Notes: generated by a model not told the origin, from the sequence alone. A stretch of DNA of 64,000 bases from an uncultured delta proteobacterium (GCA_963724765.1 CAVRVY010000001.1:640001-704000), one strand, 5' to 3'; counted from the stretch's first letter, positions 42,699-53,086 are shown. Translations and numbers: made by a program.

Positions 42699-44165
42699 CT
42701 AGTCTATCGAATTGGTATCGCCGTTCGGCTCGCTTGCGCCCGCCGGCTGCTGATCCTCCGGCGTAAACGTTACCAGCAGGCGCGGCGGAGCATTGAGTGG
42801 CACCACCGCGAAGCGCGACACCGGCGAAGTATTCACGGTCACCGTGGTCCCGCCGGCATCGGTCTGGATATCGCAGTCGTGGAAGATCGAGCGGTCGAAT
42901 ACCATGTGAGTCGCAAGGCCGTGGGCCGGCTTGGTCTCCTTCAGGTGGATGGTCAGCGTCGATGAACTGGAGCCGCCCTCGAGCTGGTTGTCGTAGGCGA
43001 CCGGGCCCGTCAGATCGAAGATTACCGAAAGTGGCGGATCGGCCGAGGAGAGCCTGACCTTGTTGAGTGTGGCAGGTCCGGTGCGGTCCGCCGCATTTGT
43101 TGCGCCGGTTGCCGCGGCCGCGGCAGGAGCCGCCGGACTTATTCCGGCCGCGCCCCCTTCGGTTGCTCCAGACGACATGGAACTGGGCGCATCAGCAGCG
43201 GGCGCGCCGTCAGCGGACGCGATCGGACCTGTCGAACCTGTGGAAGGGCCAGCATCAGGCGACGCCGGCGGTGATGGGGGCGCCTTGAGGATCGGCAGCG
43301 GAGGATATGCGTCGGCCGAAGCCAGCGCCGTTTCGTCACCCTGACGCACCCTTACCTGGTCGGTGTCGTCGCCGAATCCGCTCTCGGTCAACACCAGATG
43401 CAACGGATCCTCTTCGGTGTCGACCGGCTGATGCAGTTTATTGAGTTCGGACTTGGCTTTGCTGGCATACATGGTGCCGGGGTAGTGCAGCACCACCGCG
43501 GTGAAGGCCTGCGCGGCGGAATATTTTTTGCCTTCCTTCTCCAGCGTGGTGCCGAGCTGGTAGAGCGCCTCGTCACCCACCGGGGTGTCGGGCCATTTTT
43601 GCATCAACTCGGCCAGACGAGATTCGGCGGCGCGGAAGTTGGCCCGCTGGTAGTAGAAGTCTCCGATCAGTAGCTGATGGCGCGCGAGCATTTCGCGGCA
43701 GACGGAAATCTGCTGATGGGCCAGTGCAGCGAAGCCCGTTTCAGGAAAGCGCCGTTCGATTATCTCGAACTGCTGCAGCGCCTGCTCGGTGTTGCTCTGA
43801 TCCTGGTCGGGGCGGCCGATCTGATCGTAGTGCGCCATCGCCAGGTAGTACGAGGCCAGCTCGATTTCCTTGCTAGTCGGATGCATCTTCTCGAAATCGC
43901 CCAGCGAAGCGATCGCCTCGGCGTAGTGCTTTTGCTGGTAATCGGAAAGTCCGATCTTTAGCTCGGCGTCTTCGGCGTAGGGGCTGAAGGGATACTGGTC
44001 GATCAGCTTCTGAAAGTAGATGGACGCGCCTTTGTAGTCGTGCGTGGCAAAGGCCTGCTGTCCTAGCGCATAGTAGTTCTCGCCAGTCGGGGTCTGCTGA
44101 TGCAGACCACAAGCCGCCGCGCAGAGCGCGAGACCAGCCGCCAGTACGAAAGCCAAACGCCGCAT
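42699..44165 (-). CDS. bamD: outer membrane assembly lipoprotein BamD with Ala/Pro/Ser linker and C-terminal AMIN-like domain
   Basis: lipobox CAAAC; YPFSPYAE.A.L; HP; DQDQS..EQAL; LARHQL.IGDFY. Confidence 0.88.
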   Translation of the reverse strand: MRRLAFVLAAGLALCAAACGLHQQTPTGENYYALGQQAFATHDYKGASIYFQKLIDQYPFSPYAEDAELKIGLSDYQQKHYAEAIASLGDFEKMHPTSKEIELASYYLAMAHYDQIGRPDQDQSNTEQALQQFEIIERRFPETGFAALAHQQISVCREMLARHQLLIGDFYYQRANFRAAESRLAELMQKWPDTPVGDEALYQLGTTLEKEGKKYSAAQAFTAVVLHYPGTMYASKAKSELNKLHQPVDTEEDPLHLVLTESGFGDDTDQVRVRQGDETALASADAYPPLPILKAPPSPPASPDAGPSTGSTGPIASADGAPAADAPSSMSSGATEGGAAGISPAAPAAAAATGATNAADRTGPATLNKVRLSSADPPLSVIFDLTGPVAYDNQLEGGSSSSTLTIHLKETKPAHGLATHMVFDRSIFHDCDIQTDAGGTTVTVNTSPVSRFAVVPLNAPPRLLVTFTPEDQQPAGASEPNGDTNSID

Positions 44166-44254
44166 AATAGAAACTTGGGGTCAGGTTAGACGCTACCTGA
44201 TGCCAAGGCAAGCTCGTCGCGAAACAGATGACAACAGCGGGAGACTAAGACGGG

Positions 44255-44890
44255 CTAGGCCAGCGCGAAAGAGGCCGAAAATACCGCCTTGCCCTGGGCG
44301 AGATACTTCAGGCCGAAGCCCGAGGCTCGCGCGCCCGGCGCCACGACTTCGACTCGGCGAAACCCCGCGCCCGCGAGCATCGCGAACATTTCCATCGCGT
44401 AGGGCTCAACGTCGGTCGCTACGTGGACGATCGCTCCGGGGGCCAGCACGCGCTTTAGGCGCTCGGCAAAACCTGCCGAGAACATCCGATGCTTCTGTTG
44501 CGAGAGCGTGAGCCAGGGGTCGGGAAAGTAGACGTGGCACGCGCTCAGGCTCCCGGTCGGCACCATCAGGTTGACCAGCGTGCGCGCGTCCATCCGTGCC
44601 ACGCGCAGGTTGTCGAGTCCACGGCGAGCGACGCGAAGCGCCAGCACCCGTGCGACCGAGGCCGCCAGCTCGACCGCGAGAAAGTCGCGCTCGGGACGCT
44701 GGGCCGCGTATTCGATGATGAAGTCGCCGCGGCCGGCGCCCAGTTCGACCTCCAGTGGCGCGCGCCGTCCGAAAAGACGCTCGGGATCGATCGCATATAG
44801 AGGGCCGTCCTCGGCGACCAGCACGCTCGTCGCGAGCGCGCGCTTTTCCGGATCGCGCCACATGCGCGCCGCCTTGCGCAGCCGTGCCAT
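44255..44890 (-). CDS. trmB: tRNA (guanine-N7)-methyltransferase
   Basis: EVELGAGRG, DFLAVE, YFPDPW, KHRM, VATDVEPY. Confidence 0.85.
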   Translation of the reverse strand: MARLRKAARMWRDPEKRALATSVLVAEDGPLYAIDPERLFGRRAPLEVELGAGRGDFIIEYAAQRPERDFLAVELAASVARVLALRVARRGLDNLRVARMDARTLVNLMVPTGSLSACHVYFPDPWLTLSQQKHRMFSAGFAERLKRVLAPGAIVHVATDVEPYAMEMFAMLAGAGFRRVEVVAPGARASGFGLKYLAQGKAVFSASFALA

Positions 44891-44923
44891 CAGAGGGGGG
44901 CCGACGAGGTCGCTCGGCGCGGC

Positions 44924-46366
44924 CTAGTCGGTGCGCGCCATGAAATTCTTGACTCGCTGCACCAGCGGTGCGAGGTCCGTGTTGTCAACCAGCGCACTGG
45001 CCATCCTGACCGGGTCGCCGAAGAAGAAGCGCTCGTAGAGCACCTGGCGGCCGGCGAACGAGCTGCCGGCGGCGTCCCAAGCCAGCCGATAGAGCGCCAC
45101 GCGCTCGCGCGCGCCGGCGTCGGCTTGGCCGAAATAGCGTTCGATCTCGGGCGCCAGGGGGCTTTTGAAATCGCGCTCCGACGGCGTCGCCATCAAACTC
45201 GAAGAGCTGTTGAGCTGGATGATCTCGGCCAGGCGCGGATACAGCTTGGGAAAAAGATTGCGCGCGGTGTCGAGCGGCGGGCGCGCCGGCATGTACTCGC
45301 CCCACTTGTCGGCCGCGGCGTCGGCCTCGGCGGCGCGCAGGCATGAGCGCATCAGCTCGGTCGTGATGATCATCTCGGCCAGCCGCTCGCGCACGTGCGG
45401 CAGGCTCATCGCGTCGCTTACCTGCGCGATTCGGGTCGCGAGGCCGAGCATGAACTCGCTCTTGACCGCGTTTTTTACCACCACCTGATGCATCATATTG
45501 ACGACGGCGCCGGTCTCGGCATAGAGCGCGTTGCATCGCGCCATGTCGCCGCATACGAACACGCGCTCCCACGGCACGGTCACGTTGTCAAAGATGACGA
45601 CGCAATCCATCTCCTCGAAACGCGAGGCGAGGGGATGGTCGAAATGCGATCGTTCGGAGTCGAACGGATCGCGACAGAGAAATTTCAGTCCCGGCGCGTT
45701 GCATTGCACCGCAAACGCTAGCGCGAAGGGCTTCTGGCTCGGGTCCTCCTTGAGCACGGTGGAAGGAAAGACCAGCAATTCCTCGGAGGCCGGCCCGAGC
45801 GTGGCGAGCATGCGCGCGCCGTTGACGACGATTCCGTCGCGGGTCTCCTCGACGAGGCGCAGGGCGAGGTCGGCGTCGGTCTGGCCGGCCCATCCTGCGG
45901 CGCGGCTGGCGCGCGGGTTGAGCAGCGTGTGAGTCGCGCACCAATCGTTGCGGCGCGCGGCGCGGTAATACTCCACGATATTGTCGCCGAAGCGCTTGTC
46001 GGCGGCGGCGAAGAACTCGTGCGCGGCCGCCATAGCCGCGATGCTGGCATTGAGGTAGTCAGGCGTGCGCCCGAGCATCCCGCCGCTGAATTCGGCCCAT
46101 CGCCGCATCATCGCGCCGCGCTTGCGTACGTCGTCGCCGCTTTGCGGCTGGATGAAGGAGAGGCCGGCACGCTCGCCGCCCTCGACGCGATAGGTCATCG
46201 CCTCGGGGTGCTCGATCTGCATGTCGTAGAGCGAAGCGAGCGAGCGCGTGACCGGCTTGAGCGCGGGATGGGTGGTCGGGTCGGCGACGCGCTCGCCGCC
46301 GATCCAGACTTCGCTCTTGAGCTTGCGCATCGCGCTCAAATAATTGTTGCCCGAGCGCGCACCCAT
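44924..46366 (-). CDS. hpaB: 4-hydroxyphenylacetate 3-monooxygenase, oxygenase component
   Basis: GMLGRTPDY, HTLLNP, GARMLATL, HPLASRFEEMD, GRQVLYERFFFGDP; start overlaps the upstream stop. Confidence 0.9.
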   Translation of the reverse strand: MGARSGNNYLSAMRKLKSEVWIGGERVADPTTHPALKPVTRSLASLYDMQIEHPEAMTYRVEGGERAGLSFIQPQSGDDVRKRGAMMRRWAEFSGGMLGRTPDYLNASIAAMAAAHEFFAAADKRFGDNIVEYYRAARRNDWCATHTLLNPRASRAAGWAGQTDADLALRLVEETRDGIVVNGARMLATLGPASEELLVFPSTVLKEDPSQKPFALAFAVQCNAPGLKFLCRDPFDSERSHFDHPLASRFEEMDCVVIFDNVTVPWERVFVCGDMARCNALYAETGAVVNMMHQVVVKNAVKSEFMLGLATRIAQVSDAMSLPHVRERLAEMIITTELMRSCLRAAEADAAADKWGEYMPARPPLDTARNLFPKLYPRLAEIIQLNSSSSLMATPSERDFKSPLAPEIERYFGQADAGARERVALYRLAWDAAGSSFAGRQVLYERFFFGDPVRMASALVDNTDLAPLVQRVKNFMARTD

Positions 46367-47253
46367 CAGAGGATCTCCTGCAACTGCGGCAGCCGTTTGC
46401 GCAGCCGCTCGGCGGCGTCTTCGGGCGCCATGTAGGGCGGTCGCGCGGGTCCCATGTCGATCCCGGTCGCGACCGAGGCGGTGACCTTGGTGACGCCCAG
46501 GTGGCCGAGCGCTTCTTCGCCGCCGCGCGGGAAGCATCGGTTGAGCCGGCGCTGGATTTCCTGGGCGCGCATGATGTCGCCGGCGCGGTAGGCCTTGAGC
46601 AGCGCCGCGGAGGCCGGCACGGCGAAAATGTTGATGAAGCCGCCGGCCGCGCCGAGCATCAGGCCGCTCAGCAGTGCGCGGAAGGTGTTGTAGATTTCGA
46701 TCCGCGAGCCGATCTGATCGTAAAGTTCCTCGAGATGCTGTAGGTCGGTGAGGACTTCCTTCATCGCGACCACGCCGGGAATCGTCGCCAGGCGCGCGGC
46801 GAACTTCGGCGTGATATTGAACTTGCTCAGCGCCGGATTGTGATAGACCACCAGCGGCAGATCGCCGGCCTCGGCAATCATCCGGTAGTGGCGCTCGACC
46901 TCGGCCTCGCCGCAGCGCCAGTAGTAAGGCGGGATCACCTGCTGGGCGTCGTAGCCCATCTTTGCCGCGATCTTGGCGAAGTGCAGGGCCTCCAGCGTGG
47001 TCGCGCCTGAGGTCATCGCGGTGGCGGGAACCCCGGGACGCTTGCGCGTCTCCTCCAGCGTCACTTCAAACGCCCGCGTGCGCTCGGCTTCGCTCAGGTG
47101 CAGGAACTCGCCGATACTGGGAGTGGCGACGATACCGTCGGCGCCGTTGTCGAGCGCCCATCGCACCTCGTTGCGCAATGCCTCTTCGTTGAGCTTGTAG
47201 TCCGCGGTGAACGGCGTCACCAGCATCGCATGGATTCCGTGCACGAGTTTCAC
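46366..47253 (-). CDS. DHDPS/NAL-family aldolase (HpaI-like)
   Basis: VTPF, PSIGEF.HL...ER, PPYY, VYHNP, AMKE. Confidence 0.85.
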   Translation of the reverse strand: MKLVHGIHAMLVTPFTADYKLNEEALRNEVRWALDNGADGIVATPSIGEFLHLSEAERTRAFEVTLEETRKRPGVPATAMTSGATTLEALHFAKIAAKMGYDAQQVIPPYYWRCGEAEVERHYRMIAEAGDLPLVVYHNPALSKFNITPKFAARLATIPGVVAMKEVLTDLQHLEELYDQIGSRIEIYNTFRALLSGLMLGAAGGFINIFAVPASAALLKAYRAGDIMRAQEIQRRLNRCFPRGGEEALGHLGVTKVTASVATGIDMGPARPPYMAPEDAAERLRKRLPQLQEIL

Positions 47254-47254
47254 T

Positions 47255-48172
47255 TCACTTCCCTCCGCCCGCTGGCGCCTGCGCGCTCTGATGCGCCGCG
47301 GCGGTGGGCCGGGCGAAATAGAAAATTGCCTGTCCGGTTCCGAGCGCCGCTTCATAGCGCCCGAATTGTTCTCCGCGCCAGTTCCACTCCCCACCGCCGA
47401 GCGCACCCGCCATCATCAGGTAGTGCGAGAAGCGTCCTTCAGGCGAACATTCGGCGCGGTATTCGGGGGCGGCGCGCAGAATCTCATCGTGCCGGCCGGA
47501 CTTAAACCATTCCATCAATTTTTCGTCGTACAGGCGGTTGGCGAGCGAGCTGATGTCGTTGGGCGAGGCCGAGGCGTGTTGCAATACGTTGTCGTAGTCC
47601 CAGAAGCGATGGGACATGCCGCCTGCCGCGATAAGCACGACGCGGCGGCCGGACGCGCGGATCGCGGCGCCCATCGCGACGCCGAAAGCGACGTCATTGG
47701 AGATTCGCGCCGTCTGGCAAACTCCCATCGACAATATGCGCCGCGTCGCGCCTAGGTTAAAGTAATGCATGACGTTTAACGTCGGATAATGCAGCGGCAG
47801 GGTGGGGTAGCCCGACGCTATCGCGCGCAGTCCGCCGGCGCGAGCCGCTTCGACGATTGCCGCGGCCAGTTCCGGATCGCCCGGGTAGTCGTAGGCGTAC
47901 TCATGGATCATCTGCGGCAATTCCTCAGAGGTATAGAGGCCGCGCAGACGCTCTTGTGCATTGAGCACGTATTCCAGCGTGGTGAACCAGTGCGTGTCGA
48001 TCAGCACGAAGGTATCGAACTTGAGCGCGCGCAGCCGCTCGCGCTCGAGCGACTCCATCGCGTCGTAAAAGGTGGTGACGTTTTTGCCCATGTAAGCGCG
48101 GCGTGCTTCGGGATCGTGAATCATCAGACGCGGCACGTGAGTGGTGAAAATTGCGGCTACGATCTCGCCCAT
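47255..48172 (-). CDS. hpaD: 3,4-dihydroxyphenylacetate 2,3-dioxygenase (LigB fold)
   Basis: MGEIVAA..TTHVP, DTHW, YTSEELP, YPGDPELA, GGMSHRF, GTGQ. Confidence 0.82.
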   Translation of the reverse strand: MGEIVAAIFTTHVPRLMIHDPEARRAYMGKNVTTFYDAMESLERERLRALKFDTFVLIDTHWFTTLEYVLNAQERLRGLYTSEELPQMIHEYAYDYPGDPELAAAIVEAARAGGLRAIASGYPTLPLHYPTLNVMHYFNLGATRRILSMGVCQTARISNDVAFGVAMGAAIRASGRRVVLIAAGGMSHRFWDYDNVLQHASASPNDISSLANRLYDEKLMEWFKSGRHDEILRAAPEYRAECSPEGRFSHYLMMAGALGGGEWNWRGEQFGRYEAALGTGQAIFYFARPTAAAHQSAQAPAGGGK

Positions 48173-48197
48173 CGCGGGCCTCCTTTGGCGCGGCAAT

Positions 48198-49673
48198 TCA
48201 TCGCGATGCCTGGTGTTCGGGATAGGTCAGGCAGACCAGCTTGGGCTCGGTCCAGAACTCCAGGCTGAAGCGCCCGCCCTGACGGCCGACTCCGCTCTGG
48301 CCCGAACCGCCGAACGGCGTGCGCAGATCGCGCAGGAAGAAACTGTTGACCCACACCATCCCGGTCTTGATGCGCGCGGCCACGCGCAGCGCGCGCTCCA
48401 GTTCGCTAGTCCAGATGTAAGCGGCAAGACCGTAGTGCGTCGCGTTGGCCATCGCGGCCGCCTGTTCTTCGTCCTCGAAGCGCTCGACGCTCAGCACCGG
48501 GCCGAAAATTTCCTCGCGCACCGCGCGCGCGTCGGGCCGCAGGCGATCGAGCACGGTCGGCAGATAGTAGTAGCCGGGACGGGGATACTCGGGAATCGCG
48601 CCGCCGGCCAACAGCTCCGCGCCGCCGGCAACCGCCTCCTTGACGAAGGCGTCGACGCGGCTGCGATGAGCGGCCGAGATCAGCGGGCCGTATTCGGTCT
48701 CGTCGTTAAGCGGGTCGCCGATTTTCAGCTTGCGCATGTCGTCGAGGACCATCGCGATGAATTCGTCGGCGATTTTCCGCTCGACCAGTAATCGCGAACC
48801 CGCGACGCACGACTGTCCCTGGCTGCGAAAGATCGAGCGCGCGACGCCGGCGGCGGTGCGTTTCAGGTCCGTGTCGGCGAATACCAAATTGGGCGACTTG
48901 CCGCCGAGCTCCAGCGTCACCCGCTTGAGCGACTCGGCCGCCGCCGCCATCACGCGCTTTCCGGTCGCGACGCCGCCCGTAAACGCGATCCCGTCGACGC
49001 CAGGATGCGCCACCAGTGCGGCGCCGGCCACGCCCTGGCCGGGCAGGATATTGAGCACGCCCGGCGGAAGCCCAGCCTCATTTGCGATTTCGCCCAGCGC
49101 GATCGCGGTCAGCGGCGCGAGTTCCGAGGGTTTGTAGATGCACGCGTTGCCGGCGGCGAGGCACGGTCCGAGGTTCCACGTGCCGAGCATCAGCGGCGAG
49201 TTCCACGGGATAATGATCGCGCCGACGCCGAGCGATGCGCGCTCGGTCAGGCTGACCAGCTTGAGGTCGGCGCCGAGAAACTTGGCGTCGCCGTAGCTCG
49301 CCTCCTGGGTCCACGCCTCGGCCGCGTTGGCGAAGAAGCGCAGGTTGCGTGCGGCGCGCGCGACATCGTGGTTGACGCATTCGCTGACCGGCTTGCCGAC
49401 GTCGCGCGCCTCGAGCCGTCCCAGGTCGCGGGCTCGCTTTTCGATCCCGTCCGCCATGCGGCCGATGATACGGCCGCGCGCCTCGGCGCTCATCTTCGGC
49501 CATGGGCCACGGTCGGCGGCCTCGCGCGCCGCGGCGACCGCACGCTCGATGTCCTCGGTGCCGGCGTTGGCCACCTGAGCGAGTTCGCGTTCGGTGGCGG
49601 GCTCCACATCCGCAAAGCGCGCGCCATCAGCCGCCGCAACGTACTTGCCTCCGATGAACAGATTGGTTTCCAT
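48198..49673 (-). CDS. hpaE: aldehyde dehydrogenase (5-carboxymethyl-2-hydroxymuconate semialdehyde dehydrogenase-like)
   Basis: IPWNSP, FTGG, LELGGKS, GQSCVAGSR, EEIFGP, LRDLRTPFGG; clustered with hpaD and hpaB. Confidence 0.8.
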   Translation of the reverse strand: METNLFIGGKYVAAADGARFADVEPATERELAQVANAGTEDIERAVAAAREAADRGPWPKMSAEARGRIIGRMADGIEKRARDLGRLEARDVGKPVSECVNHDVARAARNLRFFANAAEAWTQEASYGDAKFLGADLKLVSLTERASLGVGAIIIPWNSPLMLGTWNLGPCLAAGNACIYKPSELAPLTAIALGEIANEAGLPPGVLNILPGQGVAGAALVAHPGVDGIAFTGGVATGKRVMAAAAESLKRVTLELGGKSPNLVFADTDLKRTAAGVARSIFRSQGQSCVAGSRLLVERKIADEFIAMVLDDMRKLKIGDPLNDETEYGPLISAAHRSRVDAFVKEAVAGGAELLAGGAIPEYPRPGYYYLPTVLDRLRPDARAVREEIFGPVLSVERFEDEEQAAAMANATHYGLAAYIWTSELERALRVAARIKTGMVWVNSFFLRDLRTPFGGSGQSGVGRQGGRFSLEFWTEPKLVCLTYPEHQASR

Positions 49674-50012
49674 GTTGGCCGGCCGGTTTACCGATTTATT
49701 CGAACGATACGCCGCGATGCGTCAGACACAACTGAATTTCCTCGAATTCCATCCGCAAGACAACTGAGGTCATCTGTGAATCGCCAGCGGCACGGTTCTC
49801 CTACGACCTGGTGAGCAACTCTTTCGCCGCAGTGGCGTCCACGGCGTCGATGAGTGGTCCGCGCGAGTTTGCCACCGCCACGCCGCTATGCAATGGCAAA
49901 GTGCCTCGTTGTGCCGGTTTTAGAGTAAGCGGCGATGTAAAAATGCTGCAAAACAATAAAGACTGTGCTAAGCTCAGCGGCCGGCGGGGGCGGCTTAACG
50001 CGGGCCGGTGAA

Positions 50013-52007
50013 ATGCCAATGGCGCATCGTTGGACGAACAGGATGATACGTGCGTGTCTGGCGGCGCTGGCGGCGGCCGTCGCGCTTGTGGGCTCGCCCT
50101 GGGGTCCCATCAACGCTGCACGGGCTGGTCTGGTGCCGAGCGGCGTCGCTGTGATTCCGCATCGGATCATGCTGTCCGGCGCCGCGGTGCAGGGTCCGAT
50201 GGCCGCGAGCAAGGTTGCGCTCTATACCATTAATCCCAAGACCGGGGCGTCAGTTGCACTTGTCAGCACGGGCACGACCGATGACTCGGGCAGCTTCGCG
50301 ATAGTTTTACAGGCCCACAGTGGCCCGCTGCGGTTGATGGCTAAGGGCGGTTCGTTTACCAGCGAGATGGACGGCTCCACGATCGGCAAGCCCGGCACGA
50401 TATCATTGCTGCTGCCGGGTGCGGCCACGAGCCTCGCCGGCATATCGATCAATCCGCTGACGACGTTTATTGATGCGCTGGCGATCGCCAGGCTCAAGGC
50501 GGGCGGAACGACTTTGAGCGCGGCACTCGCGAACGCGACCGCGACGATCGAATCGTACTATGGATTGTCCACCGATCCGGGAACGCTCGCGCCCGACTAC
50601 ACGATGGCTGGTGTGGGGACGGATGCCGGCAACCTCGGCCTCGTGCTGGGCGCATCGATCAACGAAGACCAGCACCTGTGCCCGGGCGCACCGGGCGGAC
50701 TGGTAGCGGCGCTCGCCGCCGACCTTTCTGACGGAGTCTTCGACGGCAGAAAGGCGGGAACGGCGGTAGCGTACTGTGGGGCAAAGCTGCCGGCGATCGC
50801 CGGGACGAGCGATTTCCAGGACGCACTCTCGGGCGTGCAACAGCTTCAATACGTGAGCGCGGGGTTCGCGTTCGGCGGCCTGTATGGCCCCGTCGGCAAT
50901 ATCCTGCTGAACCAGGATCCGCCGGTCACGCCCGACCTGTTGCTGTCGCCGCTGGCGATGATCAATGCCGCAGTGACCAAAGCGGCGCCGTCGACATCCA
51001 GTACCTCGAGTCCGCCGATGACGATGGCGCGCGGTTCCGCAACTGCCACGCTGCTGCCCAATGGCAAGGTGTTAATCGCGGGCGGATTTGACGGCAGCAC
51101 CACCACCACAAATGGCACCGAACTATATGATCCTGCTACCAACACCCTCAGCGCCGGGCCGCCGCTGAGGCACGCGCGCGGTGAGGCGACGGCCACGTTG
51201 TTGCCCAACGGAAAGGTTCTTGTCGCCGGGGGCAACGATGGCACCAATCCTTTGATGAGCACGGAGCTCTACGACATCGCGACCAACACTTTCTCTCCGG
51301 GGCCGTCGATGGTCGCTGCTCGTTTTGCCGCCGGAGCCACGTTGTTGGCCAACGGAAAGATGCTCATCGCAGGCGGCAACGGCCTTACCTCCGGGGGCTT
51401 GAGCAGCACCGAGCTATACGACCCCTCGGCCAACTCGTTTGCCGCTGGCCCCTCGATGAGCGTCGCGCAGGGTCCATGCACGGCCATCCTAATGCCGAAC
51501 GGCAAGGTACTGATCGTCGGAGATGGCTTTAACATCGACCCCAACGTGAGCGTGGCGGAACTTTACGATCCTGCAGATAATTCCATGGCCGAGCGGTCGC
51601 TCGATACGTTTCGCCAATACCCAGCCGTCGCTCTGCTGCCTGACGGCAAGGTGTTGATCGCCGGAGGCGTCGGGGCCTCTGGTGTCATGAGCAGCACGCA
51701 GATTTACGACCCGGCGCAGGACGCGTTCACCGACGGTCCATCAATGAGCAATGGCCATTGGTTTGCCACGGCTGCGCCGACCGCCAATGGGAAGATTCTC
51801 ATAATCGGCGGCAACGGCAACGATATTGAGGGCATCGATAGCGTCGACGTGTACGATTCGGTAACCAATTCCTTCAGCGCGGGCACGCCGATGAACGATC
51901 CGCGCGTGTTTGCCACTGCAACCCTGCTGCCCAACGGCCGCGTATTAATCGCGGGCGGCTGGGACGGATCAGGCCCGCTCGCCAGCACGGAGTTTTACAC
52001 ACCCTGA
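50013..52007 (+). CDS. exported kelch-repeat (beta-propeller) protein
   Basis: seven ATLLPNGKVL.AGG...ELYDP repeats after a ~330-aa N-terminal region with signal peptide. Confidence 0.9.
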   Translation: MPMAHRWTNRMIRACLAALAAAVALVGSPWGPINAARAGLVPSGVAVIPHRIMLSGAAVQGPMAASKVALYTINPKTGASVALVSTGTTDDSGSFAIVLQAHSGPLRLMAKGGSFTSEMDGSTIGKPGTISLLLPGAATSLAGISINPLTTFIDALAIARLKAGGTTLSAALANATATIESYYGLSTDPGTLAPDYTMAGVGTDAGNLGLVLGASINEDQHLCPGAPGGLVAALAADLSDGVFDGRKAGTAVAYCGAKLPAIAGTSDFQDALSGVQQLQYVSAGFAFGGLYGPVGNILLNQDPPVTPDLLLSPLAMINAAVTKAAPSTSSTSSPPMTMARGSATATLLPNGKVLIAGGFDGSTTTTNGTELYDPATNTLSAGPPLRHARGEATATLLPNGKVLVAGGNDGTNPLMSTELYDIATNTFSPGPSMVAARFAAGATLLANGKMLIAGGNGLTSGGLSSTELYDPSANSFAAGPSMSVAQGPCTAILMPNGKVLIVGDGFNIDPNVSVAELYDPADNSMAERSLDTFRQYPAVALLPDGKVLIAGGVGASGVMSSTQIYDPAQDAFTDGPSMSNGHWFATAAPTANGKILIIGGNGNDIEGIDSVDVYDSVTNSFSAGTPMNDPRVFATATLLPNGRVLIAGGWDGSGPLASTEFYTP

Positions 52008-52079
52008 CGCGGGCGTCGCGAGGCGCTGACGGGGGTCGCCTTGACCGGCCTTCGGCGTGCCCATAACGTTAGGGCCACG

Positions 52080-52730
52080 ATGGCCGAGTTGCCGGACATC
52101 ATTCCGATCTTCCCGTTGCCCAATTTCGTGCTCTTTCCCGGGGTGACGGTGCCGCTGCATATTTTCGAGCCGCGCTATCGCGAGATGGTCGCCGAGGTCG
52201 CCGAGAGCCACGCCACCGTCGGGATGATAATGCTCAAGGGCGACTGGGAGCGCGAGTACTACGCGTATCCCGATATCTTCACCATCGGATGTGCGGGCCG
52301 TATCACCTCGCTGGAGAAGCTTCCCGACGGCCGCTACAACCTCCAGCTTGAAGGAATCAGCGAATTCCAGGTCGTGCGCGAAATCCGTGCCCATTCCTAT
52401 CGCCAGGCCGAAGTACAATGGTGTCCGTCGGGCCGCAGACTGCTCGGCCTGGAGCCTTCCGAGATGAACTCGCTGCGCGATCTTTTGGTCGGGTTCCTGG
52501 GCGAGAACGCCGATGCAGCCTGGCGCGGATTGGTCGACGAGCAGGGACTGCGCGACGCCGACCTGATCAATTTCCTGTGTTTTCACCTCGACGTGACGCC
52601 GCTGGAGAAGCAGACCCTGCTCGAGGCGCTCGACGACCGCATCGCCTGCCTGTTCGATGTGCTGACCTTCAAGATCGAGGAACGCAAGCTCGGCCCCTCC
52701 GGCCCGCGCGGCGGCGGCCCCGTCAACTAG
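52080..52730 (+). CDS. LON peptidase substrate-binding domain protein
   Basis: IPIFPLPN.VLFPG...PLHIFEPRY, LPDGRY, EKQ.LLE. Confidence 0.9.
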   Translation: MAELPDIIPIFPLPNFVLFPGVTVPLHIFEPRYREMVAEVAESHATVGMIMLKGDWEREYYAYPDIFTIGCAGRITSLEKLPDGRYNLQLEGISEFQVVREIRAHSYRQAEVQWCPSGRRLLGLEPSEMNSLRDLLVGFLGENADAAWRGLVDEQGLRDADLINFLCFHLDVTPLEKQTLLEALDDRIACLFDVLTFKIEERKLGPSGPRGGGPVN

Positions 52731-52835
52731 CAGTTCGAAGGTCGCAGCCGGCCTGGACGGAAGTCTTTGACCGCGCGGCGGCGGTTGTCGGACAACGGAC
52801 CGAATTAACCATCTGGTGCCCAGATTTGCAGCACC

Positions 52836-53026
52836 TGTCCAATTTTTTCCTGACACAATTCACAAAATACTCAAGTTGACTCGCTAACAGACGCTGCCAA
52901 CAGGCGGCTGTCCGGCTCCGAGTCACGGATTCAGGGTAAATTCCCGCTGAAATCGGCGATCTACGCGCTTGTGCTCGACTTTGTGCTCACAAGGGCATCG
53001 CGCCGCATCTCGGCACAACCGTTGCT
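52836..53026 (+). promoter_or_regulatory. putative sigma-54 promoter (53011-53026) with upstream activator-like palindrome (52836-52855)
   Basis: CGGCAC-AACCG-TTGCT (GG-N10-GC); TGTC-N12-GACA with AT-rich centre ~160 bp upstream. Confidence 0.6.
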
Positions 53027-53086
53027 CATACAGATTCAGTCAATGCCTTGAGCGGCTCGCTGACGTAAACCATAGGGCGAAGAACG

